Source: Nitrospinaceae bacterium UBA7883
GTDB lineage: Bacteria > Nitrospinota_A > UBA7883
Length of the DNA stretch: 64,000 nt
NCBI GenBank assembly: GCA_002500605.1
Contig: DLRR01000002.1
Location: 74,299-138,298, forward strand
Direction: 5' to 3'
A model generated the notes under the pieces. It ran no database searches and was not told the origin of the DNA. It was given only the letters and a program-made list of their open reading frames with translations. Both the position numbers and the translations under genes were made by a program. Below, piece after piece: positions 39,751-48,317 of this stretch; position 1 is the first letter of the stretch, and every line of letters begins with the position of its first letter.

Positions 39751-40392
39751 ATGGGCGATTTAAAAAACCAGATTTTTCTCGAACAAATTAACGTTGCGTT
39801 AGACGAAGTCCGCGATGAATATACTTCCAAGCACACTGTTAAAAAACAAAACCGCTTTTTGATCAAAGATATAACTTATGAAATTAGCAGATGTGATGTA
39901 GACAGCGAGACTTTTACCTACAATATAAGCTCTAAAATTCCAAACGAGTTAGTGCCGAAAAACTACAAAGCAAAAAATTATTATAATTTTATCGCTAAGC
40001 TGTTAAACAAATCACCAATAAAGCCAGCGATAAATAAAATGGAAAGCGTTGTACAAAATTCACGCGATATGGAATATAAGGAGCGGGAGTATGCCAAATT
40101 CACATACCGATTTAAAGAACATGAGCTCTATAACAACGAAGAGCTGAAAAAGTGTCTGGAAGGTTATCACTCAAAAAAATTCCCATTACCTAGCCTTCCT
40201 GGGATTTCTACGCTAAGCGGGAGGATGGTTTTAGTTTTGGTTAGAAAAAACATCACAGAATACGCAAAACGGAACATTTCAGATCTGATAAATGCCAACG
40301 AAAAGATGAAAATAGAACTTTCAAAAAAAAGGATCGCAAAAAAATCTTCCATTAAAAAGTCCTCGACCAAAAAACCCAGCGCTAAGAAATAA
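39751..40392 (+). CDS. Hypothetical protein with lysine-rich (histone H1-like) C-terminal tail
   Basis: 213 aa. The C-terminus is 'KKRIAKKSSIKKSSTKKPSAKK'. Its stop abuts the prfB start codon. Confidence 0.4.
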   Translation: MGDLKNQIFLEQINVALDEVRDEYTSKHTVKKQNRFLIKDITYEISRCDVDSETFTYNISSKIPNELVPKNYKAKNYYNFIAKLLNKSPIKPAINKMESVVQNSRDMEYKEREYAKFTYRFKEHELYNNEELKKCLEGYHSKKFPLPSLPGISTLSGRMVLVLVRKNITEYAKRNISDLINANEKMKIELSKKRIAKKSSIKKSSTKKPSAKK

Positions 40393-41518
40393 ATGAACGA
40401 AGAATTCAGATCGCTACTGGCGTCAACCAAAGCCAGGTTAGACAGGCTCCGAGGTCATCTTTGACCTAACCAAAAGAGAAAAAGAGCTTGCTAGACTCGA
40501 AGAAAAAATAGCCTCTCCTAATTTCTGGAACGACCCGGAAGCAACAAAGCCTTTGATGAAACGTCGGTCTTATCTTGCAAAAAGTATTGAAGAGTTTGGG
40601 CATCTGAAAAAGTCTCTTGACGATATAACCGATTTGGCCTTTTTGCTGGAAAAAGATAGCGATGAAGAACTGGAGAATGAAGCGGCATCCGAGTTGGGAC
40701 TTTTAGCAGATAAAATTAATAATGCAGAACTTGCCGCCATGCTTTCCGGTGAGCATGACGAGAACAATGCCATAGTTGAAATCCATCCTGGCGCTGGTGG
40801 TACAGAATCACAAGATTGGGCTGAGATGTTGATGCGCATGTACCTTCGCTGGTGTGAAAGACGCGAATACAAAACTGAAATCATTAACATCCTCTACGGC
40901 GAAGAAGCAGGTATTAAATCAGTTACTTTTATAGTGAACGGAAATTATTGCTATGGTTATTTAAAGGCTGAGTCAGGTGTTCATCGTTTAGTACGCATTT
41001 CCCCGTTTGACACTAACAAAAGAAGGCATACGTCGTTTGCATCAGTCACAATAACCCCAGAAATATCAGATGATATTGAAGTAAATATACGTGATGAAGA
41101 ATTAAAAATTGACACTTTCCGCTCTTCAGGTGCCGGCGGGCAACATGTAAACGTGACCGATTCTGCCGTTCGAATTACCCACCTTCCAACGGGTACAATT
41201 GTTGCCTGCCAGAACGAGCGAAGCCAACATAAAAACAAAGCTCATGCTATGAAAGTGCTAAAAGGAAAGCTTTTTTCTATCGAACAGCAGAAATTGCAAG
41301 ACAAGGTCGAAGGACTAACTGGTGAAAAGAAGGATATTAAGTGGGGGTCACAGATACGCTCCTACGTAATGCAGCCATATCAACTGGTCAAAGATCTTCG
41401 TACTAGGATAGAAAATGGCAATATTGGTGCCGTACTTGATGGTGACATAGATCAGTTTATTACCGGTTACCTACTCAAAGGGCCAGTAGATGGCGCAGTA
41501 GATGACAGTACTGAATAA
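40393..41518 (+). CDS. prfB: Peptide chain release factor 2, requires programmed +1 ribosomal frameshift at CTT TGA C (40459-40465)
   Basis: The short 23-codon frame-0 ORF 'MNEEFRSLLASTKARLDRLRGHL*' ends at the in-frame TGA (40462-40464). It is preceded by an SD-like GAGGT 3 nt upstream of the CTT. The +1 frame continues as 'DLTKREKELARLEEKIASPNFWNDPE...' into the RF2 body with the SPF and GGQ motifs. Confidence 0.85.
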
Positions 41519-41570
41519 CCTTTGCAAATAGTTTGTCCTCACTATTTTTTATCAACCAAACAAGGGTCAT

Positions 41571-41966
41571 TTAAAGAATGTTTGCTAGTGTGGCGTTTTC
41601 GAAAGGGGACATGAACCCCCTTCGGGCTTCGTATAAAATTTTCATTAGCTTACAACCACCAATGATTGGACAAGTGTTGTTTTCCCTGTCGAAGCACTCC
41701 GCAAGGTTCATGTGCTGTTCAGTATTGTAAATAACGTCTGCTAAAATAATATCTTCCGGTTCTCTGGAAAGGCGAATTCCACCAGATTTTCCCCTAACCG
41801 TTGCAATAAAATCATTTCTTGAAAGGTTATTAATTACTTTTGTCATGTGGTTTCGTGACACATTGTGAAATTCTGCTATTTCAGAAATCGTAACAAGGCG
41901 ATCTTTGTGACCTGCAATGTACAAAAGTGCCCTTAACGAATAGTCTGTGTAAGAGGTCATTTTCAT
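41571..41966 (-). CDS. Rrf2-family transcriptional regulator (NsrR/IscR-like, three Cys cluster ligands)
   Basis: Rrf2 HTH 'TISEIAEFHNVSRNHMTKVINNLSRNDFI' and a C-terminal 'C..5..C..5..C' ('ECFDRENNTCPIIGGC'). Confidence 0.8.
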   Translation of the reverse strand: MKMTSYTDYSLRALLYIAGHKDRLVTISEIAEFHNVSRNHMTKVINNLSRNDFIATVRGKSGGIRLSREPEDIILADVIYNTEQHMNLAECFDRENNTCPIIGGCKLMKILYEARRGFMSPFENATLANIL

Positions 41967-42107
41967 GTACTTAATAATAACATTATAAGATGCATATAAT
42001 CTACATATTTAAACAAAAACGACTTCTTTTTTTGGATTGTTAAGCAGAAAATAACCTTAAATACAACTTGATTTTAAATTTTTATACGCAGATAATGTGG
42101 GTCAACT

Positions 42108-42130
42108 AATATGTATTTAGTATGCATCTT
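42108..42130. promoter_or_regulatory. NsrR-type 11-1-11 inverted-repeat operator (AATATGTATTTAGTATGCATCTT)
   Basis: The match to the enterobacterial NsrR consensus AAGATGCATTT-N-AAATGCATCTT was read directly. It overlaps the -40..-16 region of the oxidase-like operon, whose ATG is at 42146. Confidence 0.5.
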
Positions 42131-42145
42131 TTAAGGGGGGAGCGT

Positions 42146-42664
42146 ATGCAAGAAATTGCTTGGAGTATTACCTTGTGGCTAACGATAATCTTAGCCGTTA
42201 CATATCTTTATGTTGCGATGAAATCGGGGGACGCTGCTGACGCATCAAGCGTTGCAGGTGCAGCCGGATCTTTAAGAACCTGGCTATTTGCGATGCTGGC
42301 ATTTGCCTTTGTGCCAGTGACCCTGATGACCACAGCTGATTTACCATACGGCGCAGGGGCATCTACTGGTAAAGCTCAGGTAGTTAATGTTAAAGGATTC
42401 CAATGGTATTGGGAAATGGACCAAGAAGAAGTAAAGGCTGGTATACCAGTGCTTTTCAAGGTCGAGGCTGCAGATGTTAATCATGGCTTTGCCATTTACG
42501 ATGAAGACAATGTTTTGATTACACAAACACAGGCTATGCCAGGTTACACAAACAACTTAAAAGTTACTTTTACTAAGCCAGGGACCTACAAGTTTCTATG
42601 TCTTGAATACTGCGGCAGGCAGCACCACGCCATGGAAATTACCCTGAATGTTACTTCTAATTAA
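42146..42664 (+). CDS. Heme-copper oxidase subunit II-like cupredoxin with CuA site
   Basis: TM helix plus cupredoxin domain: 'GFQWYWE', 'H' in 'VNHGF', and 'CLEYCGRQHHAM' (CxExCGxxHxxM CuA ligands). Start chosen at the ATG with an upstream AAGGGGGG SD. Confidence 0.7.
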   Translation: MQEIAWSITLWLTIILAVTYLYVAMKSGDAADASSVAGAAGSLRTWLFAMLAFAFVPVTLMTTADLPYGAGASTGKAQVVNVKGFQWYWEMDQEEVKAGIPVLFKVEAADVNHGFAIYDEDNVLITQTQAMPGYTNNLKVTFTKPGTYKFLCLEYCGRQHHAMEITLNVTSN

Positions 42665-42678
42665 GGGGGATAGAAATA

Positions 42679-44130
42679 ATGAGTAACGATATTTCTGCGG
42701 GCGGCCGGCTGACGGTAGTTATATACCAAGCTGTCGCAGCGGTAGTTTTGCTTTTGCTTATGACTTTTGGTCTATTGATGCGTTATTCACAGGCTGGTGG
42801 ACTAGATTTATCAGAAGATCTTTTCTATCAGCTTATGACGGCCCATGGTATCGGCATGGTGGGCATTGCCGCCATTTGCGGTGTTTCTATCATGTGGTTC
42901 TTTTTAAGCCAATATGTTCAATTAACAACTGAAATATTCGTCCTAAACCTCATCCTCTTTCTAGTGGGTGTGGTGATGATATTAAGTGCAATATTCCTCG
43001 GGGGATTTGCTGGTGCTTGGACTTTCCTCTATCCGCTTCCACGTATTTCTGGTGGTGCTTGGGGGCCGTCAATGGCAGCGTTGCACTTAGGAGGAGTACT
43101 GCTTATTGGTGTGGGGTTTCTTTTGGTTCATCTTGATTGCGGTTATGCAATTCTTAAGAAATACGGCTCATTGACTAATGCGCTTGGTTGGCCTACCCTT
43201 TTCGGTGGCCCTCAAACAGGCAAGTTTCAACATCAAGTTGACGAAGCAACACCGCCTCCAACAGTAGTGGCCTCGACCATGGTTACGATTGTGAATATTT
43301 TAGGCCTAGTTTCTGGGGCTTCAATACTTGTCATCACCATAGTTAACCTGTTTGTCCCAAGTTTTGCTATATCAGCTTTGCTGGGAAAAAACATGATCTT
43401 TTTCTTTGGGCACGTTTTCATTAACGCCACAATATACATGGCAGTAATAGCGGTGTATGAGATCTTACCCCGTTACACAGGTCGCCCTTGGAAATCTTCT
43501 AGGCCATTCCTGGCAGCTTGGTCTTTCTCAACTGTAGCTGTCTTAATTGTTTATCCCCATCACCTTTTGATGGATTTCCCAATGCCGGTATGGATGCTGG
43601 TCATGGGACAAGTAATCTCCTATTTGAGTGGTATCCCCATACTAGTGGTCACTGCCCTAGGCGCTCTTGCTTATGTGCACCGTTCTGGTATTAAGTGGGG
43701 CATGGCTCCGAGTTTACTTTTTCTAGCTACGTTTGGCTGGGCTGCGGGCGCCATTCCTGCTATCGTTGATGGAACCATTGTGGTTAATTCAGTTTTACAT
43801 AACACCCTATGGGTGCCAGGTCACTTTCATACATACTTACTTCTAGGGTTGGTACCAATGGCCCTTGGTTTTATGTATTTTTTAATTGAGGAAGAAGGAT
43901 CTACAATAGACCTTGCAGCCTTTTGGGCATTTATTATAGGCGGGATGGGATTCACCATGACCTTTTTGATGGCCGGAGCAGCGAGCGTTCCACGCCGCTT
44001 TGCTGAGCATCAGCCGTGGATGCAAGGGATGGACACCTTAGGATCCGCTTTTGCAGCTTTGGCAATTTTAGGTGTAGCCCTCATTGCAGTTCGATTTCTT
44101 GGAGGGGTTTTGGCGTCACTCAAAGCTTAA
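42679..44130 (+). CDS. Heme-copper oxidase superfamily subunit I (NOR-like: six His ligands present, no helix-VI cross-link Tyr)
   Basis: 12-TM protein. His ligands at 'TAHGIGM', 'FGHVFIN', 'PHHLLM' and 'GHFHTY'. The canonical GHPEVY tyrosine is replaced, giving GHVFIN. Confidence 0.75.
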   Translation: MSNDISAGGRLTVVIYQAVAAVVLLLLMTFGLLMRYSQAGGLDLSEDLFYQLMTAHGIGMVGIAAICGVSIMWFFLSQYVQLTTEIFVLNLILFLVGVVMILSAIFLGGFAGAWTFLYPLPRISGGAWGPSMAALHLGGVLLIGVGFLLVHLDCGYAILKKYGSLTNALGWPTLFGGPQTGKFQHQVDEATPPPTVVASTMVTIVNILGLVSGASILVITIVNLFVPSFAISALLGKNMIFFFGHVFINATIYMAVIAVYEILPRYTGRPWKSSRPFLAAWSFSTVAVLIVYPHHLLMDFPMPVWMLVMGQVISYLSGIPILVVTALGALAYVHRSGIKWGMAPSLLFLATFGWAAGAIPAIVDGTIVVNSVLHNTLWVPGHFHTYLLLGLVPMALGFMYFLIEEEGSTIDLAAFWAFIIGGMGFTMTFLMAGAASVPRRFAEHQPWMQGMDTLGSAFAALAILGVALIAVRFLGGVLASLKA

Positions 44131-44136
44131 TGGTTA

Positions 44137-44727
44137 ATGCGTAATGCCTTTCTGATTATTGCACTGCTTTGTGTTGGGTTTTTAGCACTTGGCAAAGGAA
44201 CGGACGGGTACACTGTCCTAACATCGGAAGGGAGTCGACGCACAGCTGTTGCAAAACATCCAGTTGTGATCCCCCCCATCCTGCTAAGGGATCGGGGGGG
44301 ATCATTTTTTAAGATCAATGATTATAGGGAAGGGCCAACCCTAGTTGAATTTATTTATACAGGTTGTCAGACTACCTGCGTGGAACTTGGTAATGCTTTC
44401 GAGGAAATTTCAGATAGTTTGTCAAAGAGCATGAAAGTTCGCTTGGTTAGCATAAGCATTGACCCAACAGATCAACTTGAAGATCTTCAGCGGTACGCTG
44501 AACGATTCAATATACCATCCCACTTGTGGAAAGTTGCTAAAGTTAAAAATCGTAAAGATACTACTTCACTCCTGAATACATTTGGCATAATTGCCATTCC
44601 AGATGGCTATGGCGGATATGAGCACAATGCTGCCATTCATATTGTCGATAGATCGGGAAAGTTAATAAGCATTGTTGACCACGAAGTAGCTCTACTTGCT
44701 CTTACAGCAATGCAAGGGGATCAATGA
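44137..44727 (+). CDS. SCO1/SenC-family copper chaperone (thioredoxin fold, CxxxC)
   Basis: Signal/TM anchor, then 'FIYTGCQTTCVELG' with the CxxxC motif and a downstream His. Confidence 0.7.
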   Translation: MRNAFLIIALLCVGFLALGKGTDGYTVLTSEGSRRTAVAKHPVVIPPILLRDRGGSFFKINDYREGPTLVEFIYTGCQTTCVELGNAFEEISDSLSKSMKVRLVSISIDPTDQLEDLQRYAERFNIPSHLWKVAKVKNRKDTTSLLNTFGIIAIPDGYGGYEHNAAIHIVDRSGKLISIVDHEVALLALTAMQGDQ

Positions 44728-45272
44728 AATACGGGGTTATTTTGTGGGGATTTCTGGCGTTACCCTCAATGCGTTATTACCTCGAGCTTAACTTAACAAC
44801 TCACATGCTAGTGCAAATCCCACTCCTGGTTACGTCTGGTTGGTTGGTTGGGAGAAAGCTAACTAGCTCGTATTTCGAAAAAATTAACAGAAACGGTATT
44901 CCAGGGCTACTTGTTGGACTATTCACTCTTTTGTTTTGGATGATTCCCCGCTGGCTTGATGCATCACTAACAAATCCATTTTGGGAAGCGGTTAAATTTA
45001 TAACAATTCCTGGATTAGTGGGAGTTCCATTGGGGGCTAGCTGGTTTTTGCTCAAACCAATTGCCCGTGGTTTTGTCTGGGCAAACGGAATTTCAATGCT
45101 TTTGATTCTAGGATGGCTGTATTTAGAGGCGCCGATGCGGGTATGTAACAACTACCTTGTAAACCAACAAGAGTACTTCGCTTACAATACTTTTGGAATA
45201 GCTATTGCGATCGCCGTCTACTGGGTATCCGTAGCTTTCTATGGCGACTGGAAAAATGCAGGGAAAAGGTAG
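44724..45272 (+). CDS. Hypothetical 5-TM membrane protein (operon partner of oxidase-like genes)
   Basis: Hydrophobic 182 aa, translationally coupled to the SCO1-like gene by a 4-nt overlap. No family recognised. Confidence 0.4.
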   Translation: MKYGVILWGFLALPSMRYYLELNLTTHMLVQIPLLVTSGWLVGRKLTSSYFEKINRNGIPGLLVGLFTLLFWMIPRWLDASLTNPFWEAVKFITIPGLVGVPLGASWFLLKPIARGFVWANGISMLLILGWLYLEAPMRVCNNYLVNQQEYFAYNTFGIAIAIAVYWVSVAFYGDWKNAGKR

Positions 45273-45405
45273 GGTGCAGATTAACTAGAATGTTGGTAAA
45301 ACCATTCTTTATCAACCAAGTGCCGTTATCGAAGTAGCGATGGAGTTCGCATTCAATTGTTGTAATGGGTATCAAAAGAAAATAGAACTAACTGGAGTTT
45401 AAAAG

Positions 45406-46179
45406 ATGTATAGCAACACAATTGACCAGTTGTCTGAACTGGCATCCAAAAAAGCCATGCTGATTCGTAGATCACCATTAGGCTTCTTTATTGGTTCCAT
45501 GATGGCTGGTGCCTATGTCGGTTTTGGGATCATCCTTGTATTTAGTATTGCAGCCGGGCTGGATCCTAGCGTACAAAAACCTGCTATGGGAGTGAGCTTT
45601 GGCGTTGCTCTAACACTAGTAGTCTTTGCAGGAGCTGAGCTCTTCACAGGTCACACCATGTATATGACATTGGGGTGGCTTACCAAACAAACTAGCGCAA
45701 AAGATCTTGCGGCAAGTTGGTCTTTAACTTGGTTGGGCAACCTTGCGGGAGCATTTACTCTTGCATTTATTTTCTACCTTGGTGGCGGCGGGGTTCTATT
45801 GAATGCTGGAAGTGACCTTCTGTATGGTATTACTGATGCCAAGATGAATGGTTCTGCTATTTCTCTTCTGGCAAAAGGAATTCTGTGTAACTGGCTTGTT
45901 TGTCTTGCCCTTTGGATGGCGGCCAGGACTACTAATGACACAGCTAAATGCATTGTAATATTCTGGGCGCTTTACGCTTTTATTGCCTCAGGATTTGAAC
46001 ACAGTGTAGCTAATATGACCCTTTTCTGTATTGCACTACTCGGCAATCATCCTGAAACAATCAGCATTGCAGGCATGGGACACAACCTTCTATGGGTTAC
46101 TATTGGGAATATCATTAGCGGTTCTCTTTTTATGGCTACCGCTTACTGGTACGCAACAATAGCTCCGGCAAAAAGTTAG
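45406..46179 (+). CDS. Formate/nitrite transporter (FNT) family channel
   Basis: 257 aa, 6 TM, with FNT signature regions ('LFTGHTMYMTLGW', 'GFEHSVANM'). Confidence 0.85.
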   Translation: MYSNTIDQLSELASKKAMLIRRSPLGFFIGSMMAGAYVGFGIILVFSIAAGLDPSVQKPAMGVSFGVALTLVVFAGAELFTGHTMYMTLGWLTKQTSAKDLAASWSLTWLGNLAGAFTLAFIFYLGGGGVLLNAGSDLLYGITDAKMNGSAISLLAKGILCNWLVCLALWMAARTTNDTAKCIVIFWALYAFIASGFEHSVANMTLFCIALLGNHPETISIAGMGHNLLWVTIGNIISGSLFMATAYWYATIAPAKS

Positions 46180-46306
46180 GCAGACTTTATTTATTAACTG
46201 TTAGTATTACTACTCAAAAAGACGGATTCTTCGTTAATTGCTTAAGGAATAGAGGGGTCACTTTAACCCCAAAAAGTCATGTGCGCAAAGGGTTTTTCTT
46301 GAAAAA

Positions 46307-47275
46307 ATGATAGTTAACACTGTTCTATTAATTGCTGGCCTTCTAATGCTTTACTATGGAGCCGAATGGTTAGTAAAGGGTTCTGCTAGTGCGGCAATTA
46401 TCCTTGGCATAAAACCAGTTATTATAGGCTTAACGGTAATAGCTGTGGGTACCAGCACGCCAGAACTTATTACTTGTCTGATCGCTGCATACCGTGACTC
46501 TAACGATATTGCCATTGGCAATATCATCGGCTCAAACATAGCGAATATTGGTTTAGTTCTAGGGTTTGCCTCCCTATTAGCCCCCATAGGCGGTCAGTGG
46601 AGAAAAACCACACCCGGGCTATCAATCATGTTGTTATTTACATGCCTCTTCATTGCCCTTTGTATGGACAAAAGTATTTCGCGCATTGATGGAGTTATCC
46701 TTTTTGTTCCATTTGTAACATTTCTTGTATACACAACTAAATTAGCAAGCAACCAAAAAAAAGAAAACTTGATTTCGAATTCTCCATCTGATCAAATCTT
46801 AGATAAAAGCTATTCAGCCAAGAACGTAATCCCTCTTACCTTGTTCGGAACCTTATGCCTTGTAACCGGTGCTTACCTGCTCGTAGAGTCAGCTACCGAA
46901 ATGGCAAGATATTTTGGGGTTAGTGAACTCATTATTGGTATAACCATAGTTGCAATAGGCACTAGCCTCCCAGAACTTGCCACCACTATAGTGGCGGCAT
47001 TTCGGGGTCATGCAGAACTAGCTTTTGGAAATATTGTTGGTTCAAACATTTTCAATATCGGGATGGTTCTAGGCATCACTGCGATGTTAAAACCTTTAAC
47101 CGCTGATCTTTCAATAATTTGGATAGAGGTTGCGGCACTTTTGTTTTTCACTCTGGCCATGGCCCCTATGAAGTGGAGCGGCAAAATAGGTAGACCTTTG
47201 GGCACATTTTTGCTGGTTGCTTATTTGGGGTTCATTCTTTGGCTTGGACTTTTGAAGGCATCGACCGGGGCATGA
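46307..47275 (+). CDS. CaCA-family cation/Ca2+ antiporter (YrbG-like)
   Basis: Two alpha-repeats: 'GTSTPELITCLIAAYRD' and 'GTSLPELATTIVAAFRG'. Confidence 0.85.
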   Translation: MIVNTVLLIAGLLMLYYGAEWLVKGSASAAIILGIKPVIIGLTVIAVGTSTPELITCLIAAYRDSNDIAIGNIIGSNIANIGLVLGFASLLAPIGGQWRKTTPGLSIMLLFTCLFIALCMDKSISRIDGVILFVPFVTFLVYTTKLASNQKKENLISNSPSDQILDKSYSAKNVIPLTLFGTLCLVTGAYLLVESATEMARYFGVSELIIGITIVAIGTSLPELATTIVAAFRGHAELAFGNIVGSNIFNIGMVLGITAMLKPLTADLSIIWIEVAALLFFTLAMAPMKWSGKIGRPLGTFLLVAYLGFILWLGLLKASTGA

Positions 47276-47410
47276 TATTTGATCCTCATATTTTGTTCAC
47301 GAGGGAACAAAATTAAAACCCCCGGCTTCCCCACTCATTATAGTGGGGTAGAATAGTAAAACGCTGGCTATGGATCAGAACCGGCCTGTAGAACTTGGTT
47401 TTAAAAAGTA

Positions 47411-47872
47411 TCAGCGATAAGACGAACCACCGTAATGTTTGCCCGGTCTAGACCTTTCGTTACCCCTTCTGCCCTCACCAATAAACGAGCCGCCCATCCG
47501 CTCTTGCATTTTCTTCTTTTGCTCTGGGGTAAGTATTTGGCTGATCTTAACTTGAGAGCGCAATCTATGGGTTGCCATCTCTGCCTCAATTTCCGCTATC
47601 TCTTTGATCAGCTTATCCAGTTTGGCGCTGTTCGGCTTTTCGTTTTGAAGCTCGTCATGGAAATCAACCCGTTTAAGGTCCAACTCGCTCTTTGTTTTAA
47701 TCCTGTGCCTATACATTTCTTTGCGAACAGATCGCATCTTATCCATCTGTTCTGAGCTTAGGTTTAGCTCTTTAATCATACTCTGACCCGAAGGCCCTCT
47801 TTGCCCCCGCTCGGCCACGGCCGTGACCGGAATCATCATGGAAAACGCTAAGATTATTGCCAGTTTACGCAT
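47411..47872 (-). CDS. Periplasmic Spy/CpxP-family (LTxxQ) stress protein
   Basis: Signal peptide, 'LNLSSEQMDKM' and 'ILTPEQKKKM' LTxxQ-type motifs, and a charged C-terminus. Confidence 0.6.
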   Translation of the reverse strand: MRKLAIILAFSMMIPVTAVAERGQRGPSGQSMIKELNLSSEQMDKMRSVRKEMYRHRIKTKSELDLKRVDFHDELQNEKPNSAKLDKLIKEIAEIEAEMATHRLRSQVKISQILTPEQKKKMQERMGGSFIGEGRRGNERSRPGKHYGGSSYR

Positions 47873-48317
47873 TTTTACCTCCATTTATCCAGTAAATCTC
47901 CATGAGGTTTGAGGATACAAAGTCGTTCACTTCTTCCTCTTCGTGAGATAACTGGACGTTATTATCCAAGTTGTAATTGAAGACGGTATCGATGGTTTCG
48001 CGTATAAATTTTTCTGTGTTTGTCGTCATTACCGCTTCTAATTGCTCATTCCCTTGGCGAATCACGGTCGTCACGTTTAGATTTACATAGACCATGGCAA
48101 TTAGTGCAGCAGCCGTTAATGGCAAAAAGATCTTTCTGGCGATAATCACCTGCCATATATAATCTATTATCGTAGGCTGAACCTCTTCTGGTTTGTACTC
48201 CTGTGGTGTAGTAGCCACAGCCTTTACCACATTTTTTTGCAGCGAATCTGGTGGTTGTAGTCTTTTGATAGTATTGATTATGCCGTCAACATCCATGTCT
48301 GCATTCCTCCATATCAA
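47865..48317 (-). CDS. Putative membrane-anchored anti-sigma factor
   Basis: 150 aa with a single central TM helix. It overlaps the 3' end of the ECF sigma gene, which is the typical sigma/anti-sigma arrangement. No conserved motif recognised. Confidence 0.4.
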   Translation of the reverse strand: MIWRNADMDVDGIINTIKRLQPPDSLQKNVVKAVATTPQEYKPEEVQPTIIDYIWQVIIARKIFLPLTAAALIAMVYVNLNVTTVIRQGNEQLEAVMTTNTEKFIRETIDTVFNYNLDNNVQLSHEEEEVNDFVSSNLMEIYWINGGKNA

